Origin: Trichomonas gallinae | Lineage: Eukaryota | Direction of reading: 5' to 3' | DNA: 38,805 bases | Assembly (NCBI GenBank): GCA_008369845.1 | Contig: MRSU01000496.1 | Coordinates: 1-38,805 of the forward strand | Part shown: in pieces, positions 19,138 through 30,375 of the stretch | Position numbering within the stretch: position 1 is the stretch's first letter | How the letters are laid out: each line of letters begins with the position of its first letter | Position numbers and translations under genes: made by a program | Notes under the pieces: model-generated | What the model was told of the DNA's origin: nothing | Databases searched by the model: none | The model's input: only the letters and a program-made list of their open reading frames with translations

Positions 19138-22104
19138 ATGCCAGTCTCGATTGAGCAACTCGAGCAATTGTTTATTGAGCTTATTGGCACAGACAATGAA
19201 CGCAGAATGGATGCTGAACTTACATTAAAACAAATAAAGTTTCGAGAATACCAAAATTACATCAATTTATTATATCAAGAATTAATTAACTCGGCAAACT
19301 ATGCTTTAATATCATTAATTTTACTTAAAAATATGTTAATAGATAGAAAAGATGTAATAGAAATCGATATAAATCAGTTTTGGGAATTATTTTGGAATAA
19401 TATTCCTCAAATTCAGCAAAATTTGGCTAATAATGGCGCAGGCTTCAACAATATCTCATCGTACATTGCAGAACTTGCAAATTTAAATTCTGATTTTACA
19501 AGTAGTGTTATAATTCCAAATATAATTAATCTGTTACCAAACGATCAGTTTCACGTACTTGCATGTGATATGCTAACTGAAATATACACAAAAAACCCAG
19601 TGCCAATGCTTGTTGATCCGAATATTTTCAATTATATAAAATTTGACGATTTGGCGCAAAATAATCTCGAGATATGTAAATATAGAATGAGGTTGTTATT
19701 CTCAATCATTCCAATTACATTTGAACAGCAAATTGCTCAAAATTTATTTTTATCGATTCCAAAAGTAAATCCTGAATTAATAGAGGAGTATTTGAACTTG
19801 TGCACGAATATATTTTCAATTTTCCCTGGCTTTTTCCCGCTTAACGTTTATACTCAGATATTTTCCGAATTTATTTCAATAATTCATGAATTCTTTGCTC
19901 AAAATCCTTCAATATCATATACAGCTAATTTACTACTGATGAAGAATCCATTTTTCTTCAAAAACAACCAAGAAAACCTTCATGAAGTTTTTAAAACAAT
20001 TTTTAACATTCTTTGCGAGGAATTTAACTTAGAAGAGACAACTGATAAAGCGGACAAAGTCATTAGAAACAATTTGTCGGATTTTTATCACAATGTATCT
20101 TATATTAAGTGTCTGAACATCATTCAAGAAATTATTTCTTCGGATTTAAACATCAATGGAATTTATGCTGCATTGATAATGACATCACATTTGTGCCAGT
20201 TTATACAGTTTGGAACACCAGAATTACATATAAATTTATTGAATTTTGCAACGCAATATTTAAATGATGAACTTCCGCCGAGAATTATATGCGAATCATT
20301 GAAATGTATTAGAAAAATATTACATGCATGTGCTGATTCTGAAATTATCGCTCATGTTTATCACTTTTTATTAAATTATCGCAGCAATTCAAGTTTTATT
20401 GGCAGCGATATAAATATAATGAATTTATTTATCAAAACATTCACAGCATTAATCTCAAATAATGGTTTTTCTGCTGAAATAGTTGATGTTGATTATTTGA
20501 ACTGGATATTATCATTCAATCATGAATATCCTTATATCAAGAATGTTATTGTTTGCATTTTTTATCTAATTGACTCTTTCAAAGCTGATTTATTCCAATA
20601 TTTAGGAATGATTTTTGATTTCTTTTCAAGAATCTTCAACAATTCAAATATAGACACAGACATTGAGATAATAGATGATGTATCAACAATATGTAGTATA
20701 TATGGCGACAAGCTAGAAGAAACGCAGGTTTTTTCAAACTATTTAGAAGCGGCTTTTCAAATTCGCTCGAAAGTATCTGACCAAAAGATTTTGATGATGC
20801 TTGACCAGTCCATAAGGAACTTAGTGATATACTGTGATGTTAAAGTCCAAGAATCCCTTAATAATCACATCAACGAAATTGTTGAAATCGCTGCAACAGA
20901 TGTGAATTTTTCGCTTTTGTCGAGTGAAATCGAAGAAGTTCCTGGTTTTTATTTGGCTGCAAAAATGGACAACGAGTCTTTGTTTATCGATATTTCTCAC
21001 GAATACGAAATATGCGCGTCAATAGGTCTGCTACACTCGATCGTTAATGTCTTCAAAAGCGACGAAAATCTAAATGAAAAGATTTTTGAAATTTGCAGAA
21101 AACACTTATCGAAGGAAATTCTTTCCCAGCTCATTGGAAGCAACTGCTTGAGTTTATTATTAGAATTAATGAACATTGATGAGTTCACAACTAATTCTAT
21201 TGATGTGTTGCTTCCATTGATGTCAGAAATGAACATTCTCGATGAACAAACAGATTTGCAAAAACTATATATGGGCGTTTTATTAAGGATAATAGAAAAA
21301 TCAGTCAGCAAAAAACTGGATTTAAACGACGAAGTCTTGAAGGAGTGCTTAATCACCGCGTGCAGATCCTTGCAAAACTTCATTGGCGATGAAGACATTG
21401 GAGTATATAATGAAAATACTGATCCATTGTCTAACCTACAAAAAGTTTTTGTTTTGCTTTTCGAAAATAATTTTCAACCGGCAATTTCTGTTTTTATTGA
21501 TCTATTTAATTCAGAATTCCTTCCTGTTGCCTGGTCACATTGCAATTCTTATGCATTTCTAATGAAAACTCTGCCTCTTTACATGAAATCATCAAATGAT
21601 TTTGATTATTTCGAAATTTACAAATCTAAAATACAAAATTCAATCGAATCGCAAGACTCAGAAACAATGATATTAGCACTTAACTCTGTTCTCGTTTTAA
21701 TCAAGAACGTTGATATTCCTTTAAGTGAAGCTTTGTTTGTTTATGAATGCGTTCACTTCGTTTTCAATATCGATGGAGTCTACGATGACCCAGATCTGAA
21801 TGATTTCCAGCTTTACGCGAGACTTATTTTCACTTACTTTTTAGAGAAATTCACAAATCAGGGTTTACAAAACAAGGAAATTTATATGAATGAGTGGTTT
21901 AGTATCGCTCAGCCAACATATCACACACAAGGTAATGCAGTAATTTTTAGATATTTGTACAATAATTTTGAGACTTTCATGCAACTCGTTGGATTAGAAA
22001 ATCTTTCTAATTTTATTGTTTCTAATATTAGAAATAGATATATTACTGAAGAACTCAAAGCTCCTTTCATCACAATTCTCAGAAACCATAGTGTTGATGT
22101 ATAG
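19138..22104 (+). CDS. Divergent importin-beta-like HEAT-repeat protein
   Basis: 988 aa from the ATG at 19138. The N-terminus (LIGTDNERRMDAELTLKQ...LILLKN) resembles the importin-beta N-terminal helices; the rest is helical. Confidence 0.7.
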   Translation: MPVSIEQLEQLFIELIGTDNERRMDAELTLKQIKFREYQNYINLLYQELINSANYALISLILLKNMLIDRKDVIEIDINQFWELFWNNIPQIQQNLANNGAGFNNISSYIAELANLNSDFTSSVIIPNIINLLPNDQFHVLACDMLTEIYTKNPVPMLVDPNIFNYIKFDDLAQNNLEICKYRMRLLFSIIPITFEQQIAQNLFLSIPKVNPELIEEYLNLCTNIFSIFPGFFPLNVYTQIFSEFISIIHEFFAQNPSISYTANLLLMKNPFFFKNNQENLHEVFKTIFNILCEEFNLEETTDKADKVIRNNLSDFYHNVSYIKCLNIIQEIISSDLNINGIYAALIMTSHLCQFIQFGTPELHINLLNFATQYLNDELPPRIICESLKCIRKILHACADSEIIAHVYHFLLNYRSNSSFIGSDINIMNLFIKTFTALISNNGFSAEIVDVDYLNWILSFNHEYPYIKNVIVCIFYLIDSFKADLFQYLGMIFDFFSRIFNNSNIDTDIEIIDDVSTICSIYGDKLEETQVFSNYLEAAFQIRSKVSDQKILMMLDQSIRNLVIYCDVKVQESLNNHINEIVEIAATDVNFSLLSSEIEEVPGFYLAAKMDNESLFIDISHEYEICASIGLLHSIVNVFKSDENLNEKIFEICRKHLSKEILSQLIGSNCLSLLLELMNIDEFTTNSIDVLLPLMSEMNILDEQTDLQKLYMGVLLRIIEKSVSKKLDLNDEVLKECLITACRSLQNFIGDEDIGVYNENTDPLSNLQKVFVLLFENNFQPAISVFIDLFNSEFLPVAWSHCNSYAFLMKTLPLYMKSSNDFDYFEIYKSKIQNSIESQDSETMILALNSVLVLIKNVDIPLSEALFVYECVHFVFNIDGVYDDPDLNDFQLYARLIFTYFLEKFTNQGLQNKEIYMNEWFSIAQPTYHTQGNAVIFRYLYNNFETFMQLVGLENLSNFIVSNIRNRYITEELKAPFITILRNHSVDV

Positions 22105-24826
22105 GTTCATTAATTTTCAAATTAATGAAATTTTCAAGTTAATATTCATTTTGTTTAACTGGAATTAATTAAAGAGGCTTAATATGCTTGTAAGGCTGCA
22201 TACAAAGCATCATGCATTTTATGTACTAATTACTGATAGTATTTAATATATTACAAGCAGTTAAGCAAATATTTATAGAATGTCATATTATGAGGTATTT
22301 ACTTTACCATGCATCACTTAAACGGTGTATCCTTATATATATTTTCAACTTTATAATTTAAATTTCATGTTGGCAATTTGAAGCATGCAAAATAGCTACC
22401 TTTGAGTCATATAATCTATATAATCAGTCATATGATTGGGAGATCAAATATCATTAGTCAAATAGGTCAATTTAACAAAATATATGATTAGATATCATTT
22501 AATATGAATAATATGTATATTAATATTGTTTAAATGACATTATTATGTGATTCTATTTCATATTTTCGTTCGATTTATTTTATATTTCATAATTAAGAAA
22601 AAGAAACCTGATACATATAATTAATTTAGCTTTTGAATTCGGTGATATATGAGAAGATGCTTGAAATTGATAGAATTTCTAGATGAAAATTAGATTTCAT
22701 CAAAATCTTGCGATATTACTAGATTTGATTAATTAGCAATAGAATTTTCTAAAAATGTAGTCAGAAATTGTTGTTCAACATAATCGGAAATCCGAAAAAT
22801 CAATATCAGCGAAACCATCAATATGGTTGATAAATATCCATTATTCAAGTGCTAGAACACAATAATTACCTATCGCTGGGAGTACATGCTTTGGTTTTCA
22901 AAGCATTCACAAAAGAACCTAAAAAAATTCCCATCTACTTCTTCCCCAGTATCTTCTGCACATACTAAAAGAATCGCTTTAATAAAAGAAAAATCATTGA
23001 TTAATTCTCTGGAGATGTCAAATTTTAATAACGTATCAACACAGAATATGTTGAATTGAAATTTCAAAAATGATCTGAACAAGTTTCATACTTTATCTGC
23101 AGACAAAAAGTCTATTTGCGTCTTTTTTACGCTTTGTCAGTGTTTTCAATTCAATACAGAAAAAAATATTGATAACTAAAATTTCCTGTGAACGAAATTA
23201 TGGCATTAATCAACCACATGATATATCGAGAAATTGCTGAGCAACATCCTTTTACAATTCGATTGAAAATGCAAATCAAATTGATTTTTTCATAACTTTG
23301 ATTTAAAAGTAATTTATACATACAGATTAATTTCTTTACACCATAATATTCTATCCTTAAAGTATTATTTCAAAATGATGAGTAAATATTTAATTTAAAC
23401 AAATTCATTCAATTTGACAAATCTTTTGTTTCTTCTATTTTAGAAATGATTAATACTCGTTAAATCCAAAAGATCATCGCATTTCTCTAGACAATTTAGC
23501 TCAATCAGGAATTTTTATCGAAAAATTGTAAAAAGCGTGGAGAACACTATAAAATTTATTATACAGGCCTATTAACGAATAATCAAAGATATATTAGGAT
23601 TTTTTAAAAAATTAAGATTACTCAAAATTACTAATCTATCATAATTTCTGATTCAATGATAAATGCAAATAAACATTTCATTTCGCGCAATTGATTCACA
23701 AATTTAAATTTCAAAATTCATTGTCAAAAACGGAACCATCATATATGATTATGGGTGCAATAATATATATCCAATATATAAGATGCATAACAATGAATTA
23801 CGCTATCCTTCGGTAAGATCCTAAAATATAAAATATATTTCAAATAGCTGATATCTGAGTGGTGTAACAGATCTTTAGTTATCTGGGTTATATGAATCAA
23901 GTCAGAAAGGAGATAGCTTACACACCAGAAGCAGTCTCGCGATCTTGATGAAAAAATTATTTTTGAAAGGTAACAGTTCAAATTAGAATATATCAATAGG
24001 AACATCATAGGAAATAACATTAATTAATGCAAAATTTCATAAGTTTTTCAACCTGAAAAATTGAAGATTAAAAAATAAAAATTCACAATTTTACATTCAT
24101 CGAACAACAACATTCAATTATAATACTTAATTAGTTTTACACGATCAGTTAGCTTTGTACATTTTATATTAATTTATTTTTTGATAAAAACCGTTCTTCC
24201 ATTGAATTATTTCTGAGTGTACGATTAATTTTTTATGATTTTTTCAGAATGAGTATTTAAAAGTTTTCTTATTTGCTCATTTAAAAATATCGATATACAA
24301 CTTGTCTATAGCATATATCCAAATTTGTCATGTCACAAAATACTTTTGAGAATATGGTCATTTCTGATAGTAAACATACACATACATTATTCTATGAATG
24401 ATTTTTGCAATATTTTTTATTCAAAGATCCTTCAAAAAATCGATTAAATTTTCTAAATTTTAGATAAGTATTCAAAATTTAACAAACTCATATATGATAA
24501 GTATACATGCAATGCGACTATAGCAAAAACCTTCTCAATTTTTCCTCTTAATTCATTTGACCAATTAATATATAAAAGCAATGGCAATGAGATTTTAATA
24601 AAACTTTTCAAGCAAAAAATTAATTTTAATCAAGTTGAAGAAACATTGCAATATGGACGATAGCAATCTTGCGTTGCTTGAAGTAAAAATTTAACTGTTA
24701 AAATTGAGCAATGTAAATATCACAAACCAATTCAAAAAGCTTATTGAAACCCAACACTTCGCATTCAAAAAATATTTACCTCTCTCAATTCTTTATTTTT
24801 CGAGTGCTTAGTATTATTTTGTATTA

Positions 24827-25453
24827 ATGAGAGCTTCAGCTACTGTAACATCTAAATGCTTACAGACAGCTAATAAGAACCATATGCTTACCCACATGGA
24901 GTCTAGAAGACTCATGGAGTTAAAGGATGAAATTGCAAACAACACAGGTGTATATTGCCATAAGGATAGAGACATCATAGCATGTGCTGAGAATATAAGG
25001 AAAATATTGAAATGGCAGCAATCTATTACTGATCCAAAAGAGCTTATTGCTGCCCAAATTCACACCGGAATAATGGTCATGCACGACGATGAGCTGAAAT
25101 CTCATTTTGTAATAATATCAGCATCATTGCTAAATGACATTATTAAGGTTGGAGTCCGGTCATCATTGAACAGTAGATTATCTAGAATTGGCCTGAAAAG
25201 CGTTCAAGGACCAATAGCCGAAAAAATTAAAGACAAAACATTCCTCAACCAATACAGAGCCATGAAGAGGAAATGGACTGTTCGTGAGCCCGGTGAATTC
25301 TTTGAACGCTTTATGTGCTCCGAGTACATTAAGCCTGCAGAGACCCCATCTCGTGCATTACCAACTGATATTCTTGGCAACATTGGTGATTTTTTCCATG
25401 ATTTTGCATCGATGGAGGAATGTCTCAATTTCGAGCTTCACATCGGTGCATAA
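24827..25453 (+). CDS. Initiator-binding-domain (IBD, IBP39-like) family protein
   Basis: Pattern ENIRKILKW...GI...VIISASLLNDII..VRSSLNSRLSRIG...KWTVRE matches, from memory, the trichomonad IBD signature (GI...L..L....KSSIN..L...G...WTVR). Confidence 0.7.
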   Translation: MRASATVTSKCLQTANKNHMLTHMESRRLMELKDEIANNTGVYCHKDRDIIACAENIRKILKWQQSITDPKELIAAQIHTGIMVMHDDELKSHFVIISASLLNDIIKVGVRSSLNSRLSRIGLKSVQGPIAEKIKDKTFLNQYRAMKRKWTVREPGEFFERFMCSEYIKPAETPSRALPTDILGNIGDFFHDFASMEECLNFELHIGA

Positions 25454-26493
25454 TCTTGTCTTTTGTTTAATGTTTAGATTTTATATTATTTTCATGCATT
25501 AAATGTTGATTTTCATGACTTATGATATCAAGTCGGTAAGAGTACCAAAAAGTGACAATACAACCCATGCTCGATTCAAATTATCATTAATCGCCCAAAG
25601 ATAACATAGCAGCCTGCAGTTCTGTTATTCATTGACACTATAGGCTCCACAACCCAAAATATCTTATTTCTTCAACGGAAAAATATTCTCAGAGATGAAT
25701 ATTCATTAATTCCATTTACTCTCTATGCTATCATTTAGTATGCGCAATTTTATCATTGTTCCTCACTTCCATATTAGCTCGCATGAACTTTTTATCAAAT
25801 GCGATGAGAATCAATGTCCGATCAAAAGTTATGCTATTCATTGATATAATCATTGTAATGTATTGATTTAGATATATTTAATGCATTCCTTACAGTCATG
25901 GCTAAATGTTATTGTTTAATTTTTTATTGTATCTTGTTTTGTTAATGGAAACAATGTCTGTATGCACAACATGCTCCATTAAACACATATCAGGTTAACA
26001 TTAACTTGATTATATATTTTTCTTTTTCAAAAATAAAGTATAATGATTGTGTTAAAACCAATACATGTTTTATATGGATTGTCACTTTCTATTTTATAAC
26101 ATAGAATTCATAGGAAATAGCCTAAATCCATACTCAATTCTGATCACTCTTCTGATTGTCTTTAATAATCATTAAGTAATGTTATGATCGAAAGCCTTAA
26201 GCACAATGTGTAATTTAAGATTTTTTTTTCGAAAAATATTTTATTAACTAAAGCTTTGCAATATAACATATAGAAAGCGGCTACCATATTTTTATGATAA
26301 TGTTATATCCCTCGAAGCTAAATAACAGATTCAAAAAAGTAATGATTTTTAAAATTCAAAATTTCACGATTTGCTTTAATATAACTCAGGATATAGGCAT
26401 GCAGAAAAACAGACTATAAATGGCACAAGGTCTGGCAGTGAAAAAAATCTCATATGACGACGGCAGATCTGAGTTTGCCTCGTTAAATATTTT

Positions 26494-26545
26494 TGACATG
26501 TAAAGTTAATAAAAGTGACAAGTGATGTGAATTGGTCAGCGGTTT
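26494..26545 (+). promoter_or_regulatory. FKBP core promoter with TGACATGTAAA, AAAGTGAC and an M3-like AGCGGTTT
   Basis: Motifs at 26494-26504, 26512-26519 and 26538-26545; ATG at 26555. Confidence 0.6.
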
Positions 26546-26554
26546 TACATAAAG

Positions 26555-26902
26555 ATGAGTGAAATCCAAGTCACAAAGGACGGCAAGGTCACAAAGACAA
26601 TCGTTACAGAGGGCACAGGACCACAGCCAAAGCCAGGCCAGAAGGTTGCCTGCCACTATGTTGGCACATTCCCAGATGGCAAGAAGTTCGACTCATCCCG
26701 CGACCGTGGAAAACCATTCGAATTCTCAATCGGCCAGGGCGTCATCCAGGGCTGGTCCCTCGGTGTTGCCACAATGAAGGTTGGTGAGAGAGCTAACTTC
26801 AAGATTAGCCACGAATACGCTTATGGCGAGAGAGGCTACCCAGGTGTTATCCCACCAAAGGCTACACTTTGCTTCGATATCGAGCTCCTCAAGGTCTACT
26901 AA
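26555..26902 (+). CDS. FKBP12-type peptidyl-prolyl cis-trans isomerase
   Basis: [33 protein letters not shown] and FDIEL. The stop overlaps TAAA; strong codon bias. Confidence 0.96.
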   Translation: MSEIQVTKDGKVTKTIVTEGTGPQPKPGQKVACHYVGTFPDGKKFDSSRDRGKPFEFSIGQGVIQGWSLGVATMKVGERANFKISHEYAYGERGYPGVIPPKATLCFDIELLKVY

Positions 26903-27083
26903 ACACAATCTTTTAGATCAATATATCTTCATTTTTTTATTTTATCATGAACTCTTCATAGCACAATGATAGAAGCGCATCCATTGATTTATAGACTATT
27001 TATATCTAAGTTCGAACTTTGTAATTATTTATTGCCATGTAAAGCAAATATTATGACACGTAAAGTCAAAAATTCAAAATATT

Positions 27084-27980
27084 ATGACACTGAAATTGAA
27101 GAATGAAATTGAAGCACATGAAGGCAGTGTCACTGAAATTAAGTACAGCAAGGATTTTCGATACTTGATTTCATCTGGACAGGATGGTATTATTCAGTTT
27201 TTTGCTTGCGAAAATGCGGAACACGTTGCATCGCTTCATGGACACATGGGAGCTGTTAATACATTCATAACAAATGGTTCGGACTCGCAAATGATAAGTG
27301 GTGGCGCTGACTGTTCATTAGTTTGGTGGGATATTGAAAAACAAGCAGATATAAAGCGATTAAAATGCCATAAAGGTGCCGTAAATTCCATTTGCATGAA
27401 TCCAAATTACGGAATTACTGTTTCAGGTTCGACTGATTCAACAGTTCAGCTTTGGGACAATAGAAACAACTCAAATTTTCCAATACAGATACTATCTGAT
27501 GCAAAAGATTCTGTTACAGCAGTTTGCGCTAACAGAAATGAAATATTTACGGCTTCACTTGATGGAAAATTACGAATATATGATGTGCGCAATGAAAAGG
27601 TAACAACAGATGATATGGGTGTAGGAATAATGCATATTGAGCTTAGCCCTGACAACCATGCACTTTTAATTTCGACAAAAGATTCTAAAATCAAATTAGT
27701 TGCAACTACAACCGGAGATGTTTATCAGAACTACGAAGGAGCACTTATTGATAGTTGCCCAATTAAAACATGCTTTGCAGCAAAAGTATTTAATATTTTA
27801 TCTGGCTCTGAGTCAGGTGAAGGCTTCTTATGGGACACAAAAGATGCTACTCTCAAGCACAAAATCAAATTCGGTGAAGGGCCTGTTGTTGATGTTGCTG
27901 CTACGGAACCTTTCACGTCTATAGCTTTGGCATCAACAAATGGACATATAGGTATATTTGAGCTCGCCGAACAAGAATAG
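27084..27980 (+). CDS. WDR83: WD40 protein, WDR83/MORG1-like
   Basis: WD repeats plus the family-like segment SGSTDSTVQLWDNR...PIQILSDAKDSVTAV...ASLDGKLRIYDVR...TDDMG. Confidence 0.8.
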   Translation: MTLKLKNEIEAHEGSVTEIKYSKDFRYLISSGQDGIIQFFACENAEHVASLHGHMGAVNTFITNGSDSQMISGGADCSLVWWDIEKQADIKRLKCHKGAVNSICMNPNYGITVSGSTDSTVQLWDNRNNSNFPIQILSDAKDSVTAVCANRNEIFTASLDGKLRIYDVRNEKVTTDDMGVGIMHIELSPDNHALLISTKDSKIKLVATTTGDVYQNYEGALIDSCPIKTCFAAKVFNILSGSESGEGFLWDTKDATLKHKIKFGEGPVVDVAATEPFTSIALASTNGHIGIFELAEQE

Positions 27981-28271
27981 ATTATATATATTATTTCAAT
28001 TTGTTTGTAAATCATACTTTTTTCATGAATTTACAAAGTTTATTTGAGCCCATGCATTCATAAGAGATATTATCTAATATTTAAGCACTTTTTCAGTTTG
28101 ATAAAATTTGATATTTAATTCATAAGGATTTTATGTAAAAACAATACTAACAAAGTTCATAAAACTTGACTTGGGATCAGTAGTAATATAGAATCGGCGC
28201 TTTCTTTGTTTGGAAATTCGAAAACTAAAAATTATAAAAATAAGGGTTGATATACTCAATTTTTGCGTCAA

Positions 28272-28574
28272 TTAGTTCTTAAATTCGAATGGACGTCTGC
28301 AGATTGGACATGTGCCAGTGGATCCAGGCCTATAAATCCATTTTTCAATGCATTGAAGATGAAATGCGTGACCACATCTTCCAAGAACAATTGGAGAGTC
28401 ATCACCTGGATATTTTATGCCAGGAGCTGCCATTTCGAATTCTGTATTGCAAATACTGCAACCATTTTCTTCAGCGACATCCCATTTCCAAGATGCCACA
28501 CATTTCCATGATTTGATGTGAACACGCGGTTTAATTGGCTGATCACTCTTTTCTAATGAGATGTTTGCACTCAT
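28272..28574 (-). CDS. APC11: Anaphase-promoting complex subunit 11 (RING-H2)
   Basis: IKSWKCVASWKW, CSIC, PGDD, CGHAFHLQCIEKW and CPICR. Start placed at the ATG at 28574 (MSANIS), giving 100 aa. Confidence 0.85.
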   Translation of the reverse strand: MSANISLEKSDQPIKPRVHIKSWKCVASWKWDVAEENGCSICNTEFEMAAPGIKYPGDDSPIVLGRCGHAFHLQCIEKWIYRPGSTGTCPICRRPFEFKN

Positions 28575-29175
28575 GAACAAAATGTTAAACGTGCACTTTT
28601 CAAATATTTTGACACGTAAATTTATAAATTTGACACCCAAAGTCAAAAAAAAAAACTTTTGCAGAATCAGTCTAACTGATGTGTATATACACATGTTTGT
28701 GCATCATTTAGACTGCATCTACAGATGAGTTTCCTAGTTATCACAACTACATGTGTTTAATACATAGATATAGCATATCAGCACACATATAATCCAAGCA
28801 ACTTTGAAAATTACAAAATTTTATCACTTAAGTATACATCTAAACCAGATATTTGCACATCAAACATGGGCTACACAATATATAGATACGATATCATGTG
28901 ATATTATGACTTTTACACATGTTTTTGACAATATATCCCGAGATGTAAAACAACAAATGTCATTTTTCATTTTTGAACGCATAAAAAAATGTGAAAAAGT
29001 GCAAAGGTCCTTGTTATATTCGAATAGCTTTTCCGAATTGTGAGACTTTGTTTAGAGTTTTTGCAAATATCTGCAATATAGACCTAGTAGTAGTTGTTTT
29101 ACTGCTAGTGGGCTTTAATATAGAAATTCGATTTTTTAACCTTATTAAAATTTTTGTCAGTTTTTTATTTTCGGA

Positions 29176-29838
29176 ATGTTTTCGTTTTTTGTTATAAGAA
29201 TTGCTTCAACAAACGAAACAGTTGTAGACAACAAAACAATCGATACGTTAAATACTACAGAGTTACAAAACAATGAATCATCGACAAAAATTAATATTGA
29301 TGATGAAAAACCATTGGAAAAGATCCCAGTATATTTCGAAAACAAGCAAAGAAGGGAAGAAATAGGAATTCGACTTGAACAGCCGAAAGAAGTGCAAAAT
29401 TCGCTAACAATTGTTAAAGTAGATCCATTGATTCTAAATCCATCAGGTGGCCAAGATGTAACGATTAAATACACGAGTGCAGCTAAAATAGATCAGAAAT
29501 TCGGAAAATGCAGATTCGGTCAAACAATAGTTGACGCTTCAATCTATAATGATGAGTTTCACTGCTTATCCGTTGCTTCAAAAAAGGCCTTATATGTTTC
29601 AATTTCAGTAGATGGAGAAAGTTGGGCAAAAAATGATATCTTAGTTAGCTTTCAAGCTCCTCTTACATTGATGCAGATACTTTTTGATATAGTAGCGTGT
29701 TTCGCTGTGTTCTCCGGACTTCCTGCAGTTTTCTGTCCAAACCTATGCAGAAAGCGCTCAAGTAACTTTAATATTAACACAGCAGAAGAAGTACCACTTG
29801 CTACTGCAAAAGAGCAGCTTTTTGATGATTTTGCTTAA
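29176..29838 (+). CDS. Single-pass membrane protein with IPT/TIG-like Ig domain
   Basis: Short hydrophobic N-terminus. VDP...PSGGQDVTI...CRFG...C...VSISVDGESW fits the TIG pattern. Hydrophobic segment LMQILFDIVACFAVFSGLPAVFC is followed by RKR. Confidence 0.65.
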   Translation: MFSFFVIRIASTNETVVDNKTIDTLNTTELQNNESSTKINIDDEKPLEKIPVYFENKQRREEIGIRLEQPKEVQNSLTIVKVDPLILNPSGGQDVTIKYTSAAKIDQKFGKCRFGQTIVDASIYNDEFHCLSVASKKALYVSISVDGESWAKNDILVSFQAPLTLMQILFDIVACFAVFSGLPAVFCPNLCRKRSSNFNINTAEEVPLATAKEQLFDDFA

Positions 29839-30375
29839 TTTCACCTTATTCTTTAGATTTATTTGTTTGTTAAAAGTATATCGTTTATTCTCATTACTCA
29901 AAATCTGTGCTATAGCGATATTAAATATATTTATAATCGTGCTTTTATTCTATTCAATATATAAAATGCGATGTTGAAACATCTAATGCAGGAGAGAAGA
30001 GATTCGGGGTGATGGAAGATTTTAGGTCCATATACCTCATGGTTTGCTCCAAAAAAGCAGAATTCAAGGTATTTTGGTGCAGAAGTTATGAATTTTGCAT
30101 TTTAATGAAAAGATGTGACATATAAAAAGAATATATGTTTACATTCCTTTCCAATAATAGTTTCTTTTCTCCAAACATCAGATTTATTATTTGAGAATTC
30201 ATCAATAAATTATTAAAAAGCTGAAATTTTCATTGAATTGAATCCAAATATAGAATATGTATTGGATCGTCATCAACCCATCATTAAGTGTTGATGTTAT
30301 TTAGGGCAACAAGTAATGAGTTAAGGTTCTCTCACACCCATAATATTTAAAAAGTGACATTTTATCAATAAATAA

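Noticed and set aside
3474..26902. Ras + TOR + FKBP as a TOR-pathway gene cluster
   Set aside because: The genes are separated by unrelated ones, the GTPase lacks the Rheb-type Arg in G1, and the FRB looks unable to bind FKBP-rapamycin. Chance proximity is the simpler explanation.
28575..28694. N-terminal extensions from non-ATG starts (also 18486-18506, 32632-32730, 37516-37578)
   Set aside because: The host is a eukaryote; these extensions cover AT-rich promoter sequence upstream of the first ATG.
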